Assembly (NCBI GenBank): GCA_963765495.1
Contig: CAVXWP010000009.1
Span: 320,001-384,000, forward strand
Length of the DNA: 64,000 nt
Source of the DNA: Blastocatellia bacterium
GTDB lineage: Bacteria > Acidobacteriota > Blastocatellia > UBA7656
Direction of reading: 5' to 3'
Of this stretch, positions 39,234-51,722 are shown piece after piece. The notes below the pieces were generated by a model. The model saw nothing but the letters and a program-made list of their open reading frames with translations, did not search any database and was not told the origin of the DNA. The position numbers were made by a program, and so were the translations under genes. Each line of letters opens with the position of its first letter. Positions within the stretch are counted from its first letter, which is position 1.

Positions 39234-40679
39234 ATGATCATAAAACGGCTGATATTCAGTCTGTTTCTGCTGGCAACCCTATCAATCGGCGTTCAGGCGC
39301 AGAAAAGATTTGTTTATGATACCGCGGGCACCGGCGTCGGTGTCTTCGAGGTATCACCAGAGGGCGTTCTATCCCATATACAAACCCTCATCTACGTCCC
39401 AGTAAGCATAGCCAATTCTCAGGGGAAGGGCATAGCCCTCTCTCCCGCAGGAGACTTTGTCTATGCAGGCGATCCTCGCAATGGATTCATCCACGTTTAT
39501 TCGGCTGATACCGCGACGGGGCTTCTCACAGAGATTCCCGAATCGCCATTTCCTACACAACTGAGTTTCGGGGGCGGAGGCACTATGGTAACAACCCCCG
39601 ACAATAAATTCCTGTATATGGCAAATACTACTACGAACAGGATAGAAGTATTCGCCATCGCTCCCAACGGTGCGTTGACTCCGGTTCCAGATTCTTTGAC
39701 ACTCATAGGCGGGCTTGGGGTTCCTCCGGGGCTCAAGATTACTCCCAATGGTAAATTTCTTGCCCTTTCGCGTTTCTATAACGATGCCATAGAGGTTTAC
39801 AGCATTGCATCGGATGGAAAGTTATCGCGCGCTCCGGGGTCACCCTTTATCGTGGGGACCGAAATCGCTGTCTCTTCGATAGACATAAATTGCGCGGGGG
39901 ATTTGTTGTTTGCCATTGACGGATTAGGCCGCATACACGTTTTGAGAATAGCAACTGACGGAAGCGTGACGCCGGTTAACGGATCTCCTTTCGATAGCAA
40001 CGCGCTCGGATATGGTATCCTCCAAATCGTTCTTCACCCGAGTGGCAAATACCTGTTCGTTATCAATGCCAACCGAGCGATAATTTCCGGGTTAGCCGTT
40101 CATCCAGATGGCAGTCTTACAAAACTTCCGGGCTACCCGCTTTTCGTGGGCGACGACAACAATGAAGATTTGCGACCTGTAAGAGTCGCCATAGATAGTA
40201 AGGGCGAGTTTCTTTATACGGGAAACGGCGATTCAACCGCCGGGATTTTCAGCATCGCCGAAGATGGTATGATTAGCCCCGTCGCAGGATCGCCCTTCAA
40301 CGGCTTTGGTGGAGACGCGTGTGAATTTGTGGTGTCGCCTCCGAGGATATGCACAGCCCCCATTTTTGACCAGTGTATTCAGGATGAATCCAGAGGAAAC
40401 ATTCTCAAGATCAATTCGGAGACGGGCGAATACAGTCTGATCAACTGCGACGGGTTTACGCTTGACGGCACGGCCGAGATGAAGATCAAAGGCTGCCTGA
40501 TGACATTGCAGGATAATAGTTCGGATCGCAGGCTGCTTGTAAAGATAGATAGATGTAAGAAACAGGCTATCGCATCCATTGTAGTCTTTTCGGCATCCAG
40601 GATATTCACGATTAGAGACAAGAACATAGAGAATAATTCCTGTTCATGCGGTGAAAGACAAAAGGGCATCAACCGTTGA
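39234..40679 (+). CDS. Secreted lactonase-like beta-propeller protein with Cys-rich C-terminal domain
   Basis: Signal peptide (..GVQA); repeated blades (SPAGDFVY, TPDNKFLY, TPNGKFLA, HPSGKYLF, DSKGEFLY) with GSPF motifs; C-terminal ~100 aa with several Cys. Confidence 0.8.
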   Translation: MIIKRLIFSLFLLATLSIGVQAQKRFVYDTAGTGVGVFEVSPEGVLSHIQTLIYVPVSIANSQGKGIALSPAGDFVYAGDPRNGFIHVYSADTATGLLTEIPESPFPTQLSFGGGGTMVTTPDNKFLYMANTTTNRIEVFAIAPNGALTPVPDSLTLIGGLGVPPGLKITPNGKFLALSRFYNDAIEVYSIASDGKLSRAPGSPFIVGTEIAVSSIDINCAGDLLFAIDGLGRIHVLRIATDGSVTPVNGSPFDSNALGYGILQIVLHPSGKYLFVINANRAIISGLAVHPDGSLTKLPGYPLFVGDDNNEDLRPVRVAIDSKGEFLYTGNGDSTAGIFSIAEDGMISPVAGSPFNGFGGDACEFVVSPPRICTAPIFDQCIQDESRGNILKINSETGEYSLINCDGFTLDGTAEMKIKGCLMTLQDNSSDRRLLVKIDRCKKQAIASIVVFSASRIFTIRDKNIENNSCSCGERQKGINR

Positions 40680-40698
40680 TTTATGGATCCGAAATGTA

Positions 40699-40738
40699 GA
40701 TAACGCGGCCCCCGGACACAATCCGGCTCCGCGTTATC
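40699..40738. terminator. Hairpin between convergent genes
   Basis: gataacgcgg...ccgga-cacaa-tccgg...ccgcgttatc. Confidence 0.55.
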
Positions 40739-40809
40739 CATCTAACTCTTGTTTCCGAAGCGCTGATGTTTTTCTTGACGGTTCTCGATAATCGGTCAAA
40801 CACCTCTCG

Positions 40810-41355
40810 TCATTTTATCTGCCTCAGGGCTTGCAGGTGAATTCTTATTGCGAGCGTGCCGCCGATCACTCCGCGCATGTAGTGTATGCCGAAATCGTGA
40901 CGATCAAGTGTGGTTTGCGCCGAATAGTAGGCGACTTCCTCACCTTGAGGAGAGCGGCTGCGTTCGACCTGTGTCACATCGAGCGTGACATCGCGGCTGG
41001 TTTCGCGAATGGTCAGGGTTCCTTTGACCCTGAGAGTATCCCGGTCTCTTCCCTTCTCTACGCTTGCGCTCTGAAACCTTATGAGCGGGTGGTTTTCGGA
41101 GTCCAGAAAATCCGTCGCTCGCAGGTGAGCGTCCCGCTTGCGGTTATGTGTGTCGATGTTGGAAGCCTTGATTGTGGCTTCCACCGATGAGCGGGAAAGA
41201 TCCGTTTCATCGAAGATAATCTTCCCGGCCACCTCCTTGAATCGGCCCTCGACCGTAAAGAAGAAGTTCTTGACGCGGAACTGAATCGTAGTATGCGCCG
41301 GATCAATCACCCATACATCCCCGGTTTGCTCTTTGATTCCTGCCTGAGAATTCAT
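40810..41355 (-). CDS. YceI-family lipid/polyisoprenoid-binding protein
   Basis: WVIDPAHTTIQFRV, IDTHNRKRDAHLRATDFLD, GTLTIRETSRDVTL, LDRHDFGI. Confidence 0.9.
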   Translation of the reverse strand: MNSQAGIKEQTGDVWVIDPAHTTIQFRVKNFFFTVEGRFKEVAGKIIFDETDLSRSSVEATIKASNIDTHNRKRDAHLRATDFLDSENHPLIRFQSASVEKGRDRDTLRVKGTLTIRETSRDVTLDVTQVERSRSPQGEEVAYYSAQTTLDRHDFGIHYMRGVIGGTLAIRIHLQALRQIK

Positions 41356-41391
41356 GGCTTCTCCTTTACTCTTAAATGAGGATTCAGAACA

Positions 41392-41459
41392 GCCACAGAG
41401 GCACCGCAGACATAGAGAAAAGATTATTAATAATCTCTGTGTCTTTGTGTCTCTGTGGC
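41392..41459. repeat. CACAGAG/CTCTGTG-type imperfect inverted repeat
   Basis: gccacagaggcaccgcagacatagaga ... tctctgtgtctttgtgtctctgtggc around an AT-rich loop. Confidence 0.7.
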
Positions 41460-41488
41460 AAGTATTTTTACCTTTCCAGGCAGATGTA

Positions 41489-41509
41489 TCTCAAATCTCA
41501 AATCTGAGA
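41489..41509. repeat. (TCTCAAA)2 + TCTGAGA array
   Basis: Abuts the stop at 41510. Confidence 0.8.
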
Positions 41510-43927
41510 TCATTCATACCTGAGTGCAACCATCGGGTCTACCTTTGCGGCCCGGCGAGCAGGGATGTAGCTTGCCAGCATCGCCACGCCCGCGAGCGCA
41601 AGAGAAATGGCCGCGAAGGTCAGCGGGTCGGTTGCGCTTACGCCGTATAACAGGCTCGACATCACGCGTGTCAGCGCAAAGGCCGCGCCCAGACCCAGGA
41701 CTATTCCCGATACGGCTAGCGTCATCGCCTGTCTCAGAACTAACCCCAGCACGTCGCTTTTCTGCGCGCCGAGCGCCATGCGCACGCCTATCTCGTGCGT
41801 CCGCTGCGTGACCGACTGAGACATAATTCCGTATATGCCGACCGATGCCAGCAGCATCGCCACCACGGCAAAGATGCCGAACAGCAGAGTGTTCAAACGC
41901 CTCTGCGCCACCATATCGCCCAGCAACATATCCATGGTCTTGATTTCGTAAACGGGCTGATCCTTATCCAGTTCCAAAACCGCCGCGCGAATCGTGGTCG
42001 CAAGATTCAATGGGTCGGAAACACCGCGCACTATCAGCATCAATCCACGGGCCGGCGCTTGAGCGTGAGGCAGATAGGTCTCTGGCCTCACCTCGGCATC
42101 AAACCCTGTGCGGCGGGTGTCTTTTACGATTCCGATTATCTCTTTCCAGGAATCTTCCGAGCTTTGCTGCCCATACTTGATGCGTTTGCCCAGCGCGTCT
42201 TCGCCCGGCCAGAACAATCTCGCCATAGTCTCGTTGATTATGACTACCGGGGGGCCATCGGGCGAATCGCGGTCATCAAAAAATCGGCCCTCCAGCAGAG
42301 GGATTTCCATCGCCTTGAAGTAGTTTGGGCTTGCCACGTCAATCGGGACCTCGACGCGCTCGGCGGGCGGAAAATCGGGTCTGCCTTCGATGCTGAAATT
42401 GCCGGAGTTGGGAGTCTTGCTCAAAAAGACATCCGATACCGCGCCTGCCGATTGGACTCCCGGCATCGCGCTTACCCTCTGCAAGAGTTGTTTGTAGAAA
42501 TCCACGGCCGCCGCGCCTTCGCGGTACTTCGAGCCCGAAAGCCGCACGCGCAAGGTCAGAATATTGTCGGGGTTGAACCCCAGATTGACCTTTTGGAGAG
42601 TCAGAAAACTTCTGATCATGAGCCCCGCGCCGATCAGCAAAACGAGCGCAATGGCAATCTCTGCGACCACCAGAATGTTGCGCAATCGTCGTCCGCGAAT
42701 GCCTGTGGTCGCGCCGCGTCCTCCATCCTTCAGCGATTCGTTCAGGTCCGACTTCGACCCCTGAAGAGCCGGGACAAGCCCGAAGATCAGCCCCGTCAGA
42801 ATCGAGACGGCAAGCGAAAACCCGAGCACTCTGCCGTCGATTCGTATCTGATCGAGACGCGGAATGTCCTGTGGAGAGAGGGCTATCAGCGCATCCAGCC
42901 CCCAGACGGCGAGCAGTATCCCGGCTGCGCCTCCGAGAGCGGCAAGCAGAGCGCTTTCGGTAAGCAACTGGCGGATCAGCCTCGCGCGTGTAGCGCCTAT
43001 GGCCGTGCGGATCGCGATCTCTCTTTCGCGCCCCGCCGCCCGCGCAAGTAGCAGATTAGCCACGTTCACGCACGAGATCAGCAGCACAAAGGCGACCGCT
43101 CCGAGCAGCACAAGCAACGCCGGTTTGACATTGCCCACCACCTGTTCGTGGTATGAAACTATGTTCACATCATAGCCTTCCTGGTCGGGGTTTTGCTGCC
43201 GGATGTTTGCTGCAATCGTGCTCATATCGGCCTGCGCCTGTTTAACCGTCACACCCGGTTTCAGGCGACCGATAAGCTGAATCCAGAATGATCCCCGCGC
43301 CTGTTTTGTCCGTTCGCCGGGCGCGGAAGGAATCCACATATCGGTCTCCTTTCTCGGAAAGGCAAACCCTTTCGGCATCACTCCGACGACGACGCGCGGC
43401 TCGCCGCTAAGATAGATGGACTTTCCAAGGATGTCTTTGTCGCCTGCGAAACGGCGCTGCCAGAGACCGTAGCCGAGAAGCACTACCTTGTCTTTTCCGT
43501 CCACGTCCTCTTCGGCTGTAAAGGTGCGGCCGAGCGCGGCCTCTACGCCGAGCAGAGGAAAGAGATTCGAGGAGACGTGCGCCCCCACTATTCGTTCGGG
43601 CTCGCCTTCTCCCGTAAGGTTCAGGCTCATGTTGTTGAACATGGCGATGTCTTCGAAGGTCTGGGTCTGAGTGCGGTAGTCAACATAGTTTGGATACGAG
43701 TGCCAGTCCTCCGAGACATTTATCCGCGAGTTGTCCATCCAAACCATCGCGAGCCGATCAGGGTCTTTGTAAGGCAAGGGGCGAAGCAGCACACCGTTGA
43801 CCACGGAGAAGATCGCCGTATTTGCGCCTATCCCGATAGCCAGAGTCAGTATCGCCATGATCGTAACGGCGGGTTTCTTAAACAGCATTCGAACCGCATA
43901 CCGAAAATCCTGCCAGAGTGTTTGCAT
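41510..43927 (-). CDS. ADOP-type duplicated ABC permease #7
   Basis: Start moved to ATG 43927 (MQTLWQDFRYAV), with GGAGGA SD. Confidence 0.93.
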   Translation of the reverse strand: MQTLWQDFRYAVRMLFKKPAVTIMAILTLAIGIGANTAIFSVVNGVLLRPLPYKDPDRLAMVWMDNSRINVSEDWHSYPNYVDYRTQTQTFEDIAMFNNMSLNLTGEGEPERIVGAHVSSNLFPLLGVEAALGRTFTAEEDVDGKDKVVLLGYGLWQRRFAGDKDILGKSIYLSGEPRVVVGVMPKGFAFPRKETDMWIPSAPGERTKQARGSFWIQLIGRLKPGVTVKQAQADMSTIAANIRQQNPDQEGYDVNIVSYHEQVVGNVKPALLVLLGAVAFVLLISCVNVANLLLARAAGREREIAIRTAIGATRARLIRQLLTESALLAALGGAAGILLAVWGLDALIALSPQDIPRLDQIRIDGRVLGFSLAVSILTGLIFGLVPALQGSKSDLNESLKDGGRGATTGIRGRRLRNILVVAEIAIALVLLIGAGLMIRSFLTLQKVNLGFNPDNILTLRVRLSGSKYREGAAAVDFYKQLLQRVSAMPGVQSAGAVSDVFLSKTPNSGNFSIEGRPDFPPAERVEVPIDVASPNYFKAMEIPLLEGRFFDDRDSPDGPPVVIINETMARLFWPGEDALGKRIKYGQQSSEDSWKEIIGIVKDTRRTGFDAEVRPETYLPHAQAPARGLMLIVRGVSDPLNLATTIRAAVLELDKDQPVYEIKTMDMLLGDMVAQRRLNTLLFGIFAVVAMLLASVGIYGIMSQSVTQRTHEIGVRMALGAQKSDVLGLVLRQAMTLAVSGIVLGLGAAFALTRVMSSLLYGVSATDPLTFAAISLALAGVAMLASYIPARRAAKVDPMVALRYE

Positions 43928-43944
43928 GACTCTTCCTCCGATAA

Positions 43945-44045
43945 GTTTTGAGTTTTGAGTTTTGAGTTTTGAGTTCCCCGTTGTAGGTAATAGTGCCGGA
44001 GTCGGATACCACCTATTCAAAACTCAAAACTCAAAACTCAAAACT
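43945..44045. repeat. GTTTTGA-family inverted element, core allele 1, orientation A
   Basis: Core ttccccgttgtaggtaatagtgccggagtcggataccacctatt (43974-44017). Confidence 0.92.
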
Positions 44046-44047
44046 TC

Positions 44048-46522
44048 CTACTCGTAGCGCAGCGCAACCATCGGGTCTACCCGCGCGGCGCGGCGAGCGG
44101 GCACGAAACAGGCCACCAGAGCCACTCCTGTGAGCACGAGCGAAAGCACTATGAAGATTGCGGGGTCGGTCGTGCTCACACCATAAAGCAGGCTCGCCAT
44201 CAACCGCGTCAGTACAAGGGCCGCTGCAAGCCCCAATCCTACGCCAGCCAGAGCCAGTGACATTCCCTGCCTGATGACCATTCTCAAGACATCATTCTGC
44301 CGAGCCCCGAGCGCCATGCGGACGCCGATTTCGCGCGTGCGTTGCGCGACGGCGTAATTCATCACGCTATAGAGACCGACCGATGCCATAAGCAAAGCGA
44401 TAAACCCGAATATCGAGACCAGCCCCGCTATCGTCTTTGGCCCCGACAGTAATCTGTCGAGAAACCTCGGCATGGTCTTTATGCCGTAGACCGGCAATTC
44501 GCTGTCGAGATTTGCGATCTCCTGCCGCAGGGCCGAGGCCACGCTTTCGGGTGCGCCCGACGTGCGCGCAATAAAGGTCATATTGCCGTTATAGTGCTGG
44601 CGAAACGGCAGGAACATGTATTCCGTAGGCGGTTCGCCAATCAGGTAATATTTGCCTTCGCGTGCGATGCCGACTACCTCGCAGTAGGTATTCTGCGAGC
44701 CTCCGAGCCTCAAGCGTTTGCCAAGCGGATTTTGATCCGGCCAGTAACGCCGGGCCATCGCTTCGTTTATGATGACGACCGGCGGCGACTGCTCGTCATC
44801 ATGTTCGTTGAAGGCGCGGCCCTCGACGATTTCGGTCTTCATCGTCTCAAAATAATCGTCTCCGACTATGCTGTAGCCTACGCCGACGCGCTCGTTTTCA
44901 TAACGCGGGACATAGCCTTCTATCGTCACTCTCATCCCATAGTTGTAGGCGTCCAGAGGCAGAGGCGCGGCCATGCTCGTGGCCTCCACGCCGGGCAGGG
45001 ATTTTATTCGCTCGATTGCCTGTTTGAAAAAGTTGCGGCCCTTTGGTTCTTCATAACCCTGCAACCCGACATCGACCGAAGCCAGAAGAATATTTTTAGT
45101 CTCAAACCCGGGGTTAAGTTCCTGCGCGTTGCGCATGCTCTTGATAAACAGCCCGGCGCTCACAAGCAGCATAAGCGACAGTCCCATCTGCGTGACGACA
45201 AGCGCGTTTCTCAGATTGAACCGCCGCCAGCCCGATGTTGCCAGGGCGATCTCGCCTTTCAATGTGTGAACCAGATCGGGTTTTGAAGCCTGCAACGCGG
45301 GCACCAACCCGAATATGATCCCGGTCAGCATCGACACGCCGAGCGTGAATACGAGCACGCGCCAGTCAAGGCTCAGATCGTAATTGAAATCTATCGTGGC
45401 AAAATCCAGATCGGGATTTGCCATCGGGATAAGGTCATTAAACCAGGAAGCGAGCAGCAAACCCAGAGCGCCGCCCGCAAGCGCAAGCAACATACTTTCA
45501 GCCAGAAGCTGGCGAATCAAACGTCCGCGGCTCGCGCCAAGAGCGAGGCGAATCGCAATTTCACGCCTCCGCGCCGAGGCCCGCGCAAGCAAAAGATTCG
45601 CAACATTGGCGCAGGCTATCAATAGCACAAGCCCGACGATGCCCATCATCAACCCTACGACGATGGGGATGTAACCCATCAACACGATCTCCGGCTGAGT
45701 CTTGTTGCCGCCCGGAACCATGCCTATTGTGATATTTGCATCGGTCTGCGGATAGGCCTGTGCAAGCTGGCCTGCGTAAGCGTTCATCGCGGCGGTGGCC
45801 TGTTCTATAGTCACGCCGGGTCTTAGCCGCCCGTTGACGTTGAATGACTGATTGCCCCTCATTTCGAGCCACCCTTGACTGTCGGGAACTATCTGCTCGT
45901 GCATAGCCATAGGCACCCACACATCAGGAATAAAACCGGCGAACCGCGTGCCCGAAAACCCTTGACGCGCGACGCCTATGATCGTGAAATCGTGGCCGTT
46001 GAGTCGCAAGGGTTTTCCGGCGATGTTTGGATCACCGGCAAATCGCTGCCGCCAGAAAGCATTACTGAGCACGACTACGGCGTGGCCTCCCTGCGCAATA
46101 TCATCGTCCGGCAGGATGGTTCGGCCCACGGCCGGTGTCAAACCGAGGCCCGTGAAATAATTGCCCGTGACCAGTTCGCTCCAGATCAGTTCGGCTTTGT
46201 CGCCTCCGAATTTCAGGCTGACAGATGTGCCGTAATGAACAAACAGATCGCTGAAGACTTCGTTGTGGTCGCGAAAGTCTCTATAGGCAGGAAAGGAAAA
46301 TTGCCCGATAATATTCGAATCCGGCGTACTGGTGTAAAGCGCGACCAGTTGTTCGGGATGAGCTACGGGCATAGGCTTGAACAAAACGGCATTGGCCATC
46401 GTGAAGACCGAAGTGTTGGCCGCAATTCCGAGCGCAATCGAAAGCACCGCCACAATCGTCAGCCCGGGCGATTTGCGAAACATCCGCCCGGCATAGCGAA
46501 AATCCTGCCAGAGTGTTTGCAT
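44048..46522 (-). CDS. ADOP-type duplicated ABC permease #8
   Basis: Start moved to ATG 46522 (MQTLWQDFRYAG), with AGGAGG SD. Confidence 0.93.
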   Translation of the reverse strand: MQTLWQDFRYAGRMFRKSPGLTIVAVLSIALGIAANTSVFTMANAVLFKPMPVAHPEQLVALYTSTPDSNIIGQFSFPAYRDFRDHNEVFSDLFVHYGTSVSLKFGGDKAELIWSELVTGNYFTGLGLTPAVGRTILPDDDIAQGGHAVVVLSNAFWRQRFAGDPNIAGKPLRLNGHDFTIIGVARQGFSGTRFAGFIPDVWVPMAMHEQIVPDSQGWLEMRGNQSFNVNGRLRPGVTIEQATAAMNAYAGQLAQAYPQTDANITIGMVPGGNKTQPEIVLMGYIPIVVGLMMGIVGLVLLIACANVANLLLARASARRREIAIRLALGASRGRLIRQLLAESMLLALAGGALGLLLASWFNDLIPMANPDLDFATIDFNYDLSLDWRVLVFTLGVSMLTGIIFGLVPALQASKPDLVHTLKGEIALATSGWRRFNLRNALVVTQMGLSLMLLVSAGLFIKSMRNAQELNPGFETKNILLASVDVGLQGYEEPKGRNFFKQAIERIKSLPGVEATSMAAPLPLDAYNYGMRVTIEGYVPRYENERVGVGYSIVGDDYFETMKTEIVEGRAFNEHDDEQSPPVVIINEAMARRYWPDQNPLGKRLRLGGSQNTYCEVVGIAREGKYYLIGEPPTEYMFLPFRQHYNGNMTFIARTSGAPESVASALRQEIANLDSELPVYGIKTMPRFLDRLLSGPKTIAGLVSIFGFIALLMASVGLYSVMNYAVAQRTREIGVRMALGARQNDVLRMVIRQGMSLALAGVGLGLAAALVLTRLMASLLYGVSTTDPAIFIVLSLVLTGVALVACFVPARRAARVDPMVALRYE

Positions 46523-46539
46523 GACTCCTCCTTCGATAA

Positions 46540-46661
46540 GTTTTGAGTTTTGAGTTTTGAGTTTTGAATAGGTGGTATCCGACTCCGGCACTATTACCTA
46601 CAACGGGGAACTTAAAACTCAAAACTCAAAATTCAAAACTCAAAACTCAAAACTCAAAACT
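46540..46661. repeat. GTTTTGA-family inverted element, core allele 1, orientation B
   Basis: 46567-46610 is the exact reverse complement of 43974-44017. Confidence 0.92.
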
Positions 46662-46663
46662 CC

Positions 46664-49093
<2,430 letters not shown>

Positions 49094-49108
49094 AAACTCA
49101 CCTTTTCC

Positions 49109-49179
49109 TGATGCGTGATCCGTGATTCGTGATCCGTTGTTCCGATTGATTGCGATTTCCGGTCACGAATCACGAATCA
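49109..49179. repeat. TGATGCG-family inverted element, 30-bp core
   Basis: Core tccgttgttccgattgattgcgatttccgg (49133-49162); abuts the stop at 49180. Confidence 0.85.
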
Positions 49180-51588
49180 CTATTCGTAGCGCAGTGCGAC
49201 CATCGGGTCCACCTTCGTAGCCCGACGGGCAGGCACGTAACTGGCTCCCAGAGCCACTCCTGCCAGTATCAGCGGCATTGCGATAAAGGTCAGCGGATCG
49301 GTTGCGGTTACGCCGAAAAGTAGACTCGCAAGCAACCGGGTCAGCGCAAGCGACGCCGCAAGCCCGATCACTACGCCTGTCAATACAAGCAACATCCCCT
49401 GCCCGACCACAAGCTTGAGCACATCACCCGCGCCCGCGCCGAGCGCCATGCGGATTCCTATTTCCTGAGTGCGGCGACTCACCTGATAACTCAGCACGCC
49501 ATAGACTCCAACCGCTGTAAGAAGGAGCGCGAGCGCGGCAAAGATGCCCATCAACATCATCAGAAACTGCCGCGCCGCAAGCGAGGCGCTGACAACCTCA
49601 GTCATTGGGCGGATGTTGTCAATCGGCAATTGCGGGTCCACTTCCTTCACCGCCTGCCGCAACGCGGCGGTCAGATCAATCGGGCCGGAGGTGCGCACTA
49701 TCCACGCTGTCAGAAACCAGCGATTCATCATCACCGTCAATCCATCCGACATCTGCGTGACGGGCAGATAGATCGTGGGCTCTGTGTCCTGATCCAGCCC
49801 CGTCTCTCTGATGTCACCCGCGACTCCGATGATCTGCCTCTGCTTGCCTTGAAGCGAAAGCTGAGCGCCGAGCGGGTCCTGATCCGGCAGATAGCTGCGC
49901 GCAAGCGTCTCATTGACCATGACCACAAGCGCGGAGGAACGCATGTCCGCATCCGTGAGCGCCCGCCCGCGAGTAACGGAGATGCCGAGGGCGTGAAAGT
50001 ATTCAGGGCTGACCGCGCGCACCTGAACCGACCGATTTATCTCGCGGCCTTCGATGGAAATGCCCATCCTCAGCCCGCGTTCGAGCGGTACGTTTGATGC
50101 GGAGGCGGCAGCCGTCACACCCGGTAGCGCCGAAAGACGCTCAAGCACCTGCTCTTCAAAAGACCAGACCTGCGCGCTTGTTTTGTATTTTTCCGAGGCG
50201 AGCGAAACCTGCGCCGTCGTGACTTGATGAGGGTCAAAGCCGGTATCAACAAGACTCACATTGATGAAGCTCCGCACAAGCAAAGCAGCGCCTACGAGTA
50301 AAACCAGCGACAACGCGACTTCGCCTACGATCAGCAACCCGCGCATGCGCGAGTCCGATTTGCCCGAACTGCTTCTTGTCGAAGGCGACTTGATCGCTTC
50401 ATTCACATCAATTCGCGTAGCTCGCAATGCGGGCACAACTCCGCACAGCAGGCTTGTCGCAAAGGAGGCGGCAACGGCGAAAAGGATAACCTGATAATCG
50501 AGCCTGACCTCTTCGAGGCGGGGCAATTTCTGAGGCGCGAGCGCAAGCAGCGCGGGCACGCCCCAGAGCGCGACGAGTAACCCGGCAAGGCTTCCGGCAA
50601 AGGCAAGGAGCCAGCTTTCGGTCAGCAACTGACGTATCAATCTCGCTCGACTCGCTCCGAGCGCAATGCGGATTGCGATCTCGCCCTTGCGGGCGGAAGA
50701 ACGAGCGAGCAGCAGGCTAGCCACATTCGCGCACGCCACGGCCAGCACAAAACCGACCGCGCCAAACAAGAGCCACAACTCGCTTGTGACATCGCCTATC
50801 ACATACTGCTTGTAAGGAGTGAGCCTTAATCCTCGCTCGCCTTCGCGGAGATGAGTGGGATATTCGCGGCGGAATTCGGGCAGCAATTGAGCCGCTTCGG
50901 CCTCGGTCTGCTTGAGTGACGCGCCCGGCTTGAGCCGCGCAATCATCTGCGTATTTTGCCCGTCATCGTTTACAAAAGCCTTTTGTTGCAAAGGCAGCAA
51001 GACATCAATCGGGACTTCGAATTTGAAGCCCGGCGGGAGCACGCCTACTATCGTATGGCTGCGGCCGTTCAGTTGTAGCTCTTTTCCAACAATCGCGGGA
51101 TCGCCGCCGAAATAGTCGCGCCACATCCCGTCGCTTATGATGGTCACGCTCGGCCCGTTTGGGCGCGCCTCTTCCGGCAGAAAGCCGCGCCCCTGAGCGG
51201 GGTTGATCCCCAGTACGCGAAAGAACCCTTCCGAGACTTGCAATCCGTGCACGCGCTGCGGCTCGGCTCCTCCGGTGAGATTGAACCCGGAGTTCACGAT
51301 TGTATAACCCGCGACCGTCTCGAATGCGCGGTTATGATCTCGCCAATATTCGAATACCAGGGCCGTAACCGAGTCAATTTTGTCGCTTTCGAGTTGCCAG
51401 AGACAATGAACCAGACGATCCGATTCGGGATAAGGCAAGGGACGCAGGATTATCGTATTGACCACGCTGAAGATAGCCGTGTTTGCGCCTATCCCAAGCG
51501 CAAGCGTCAGCACCGCTACCGCCGCGAACCCAGGCTTCTTCATCAGCACCCTTGTCGCGTACCTCACGTCCTGCCACAGTCTTTCCAT
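49180..51588 (-). CDS. ADOP-type duplicated ABC permease #10
   Basis: Start moved to ATG 51588 ([12 protein letters not shown]). Confidence 0.93.
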   Translation of the reverse strand: MERLWQDVRYATRVLMKKPGFAAVAVLTLALGIGANTAIFSVVNTIILRPLPYPESDRLVHCLWQLESDKIDSVTALVFEYWRDHNRAFETVAGYTIVNSGFNLTGGAEPQRVHGLQVSEGFFRVLGINPAQGRGFLPEEARPNGPSVTIISDGMWRDYFGGDPAIVGKELQLNGRSHTIVGVLPPGFKFEVPIDVLLPLQQKAFVNDDGQNTQMIARLKPGASLKQTEAEAAQLLPEFRREYPTHLREGERGLRLTPYKQYVIGDVTSELWLLFGAVGFVLAVACANVASLLLARSSARKGEIAIRIALGASRARLIRQLLTESWLLAFAGSLAGLLVALWGVPALLALAPQKLPRLEEVRLDYQVILFAVAASFATSLLCGVVPALRATRIDVNEAIKSPSTRSSSGKSDSRMRGLLIVGEVALSLVLLVGAALLVRSFINVSLVDTGFDPHQVTTAQVSLASEKYKTSAQVWSFEEQVLERLSALPGVTAAASASNVPLERGLRMGISIEGREINRSVQVRAVSPEYFHALGISVTRGRALTDADMRSSALVVMVNETLARSYLPDQDPLGAQLSLQGKQRQIIGVAGDIRETGLDQDTEPTIYLPVTQMSDGLTVMMNRWFLTAWIVRTSGPIDLTAALRQAVKEVDPQLPIDNIRPMTEVVSASLAARQFLMMLMGIFAALALLLTAVGVYGVLSYQVSRRTQEIGIRMALGAGAGDVLKLVVGQGMLLVLTGVVIGLAASLALTRLLASLLFGVTATDPLTFIAMPLILAGVALGASYVPARRATKVDPMVALRYE

Positions 51589-51605
51589 CTCTCCTCCTTC
51601 GATAG

Positions 51606-51714
51606 GTTTTGAGTTTTGAATTTTGAGTTTTGAGTTTCCAGTTGGAGGTAAAAGTGCTGGAGTCGGGAACCACCTATTCAAAACTCAAAACTCAAAATTC
51701 AAAACTCAAAATTC
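51606..51714. repeat. GTTTTGA-family inverted element, core allele 2, orientation A
   Basis: Core tttccagttggaggtaaaagtgctggagtcgggaaccacctatt (51635-51678); 7/44 differences from allele 1. Confidence 0.92.
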
Positions 51715-51722
51715 ACCCCTCC

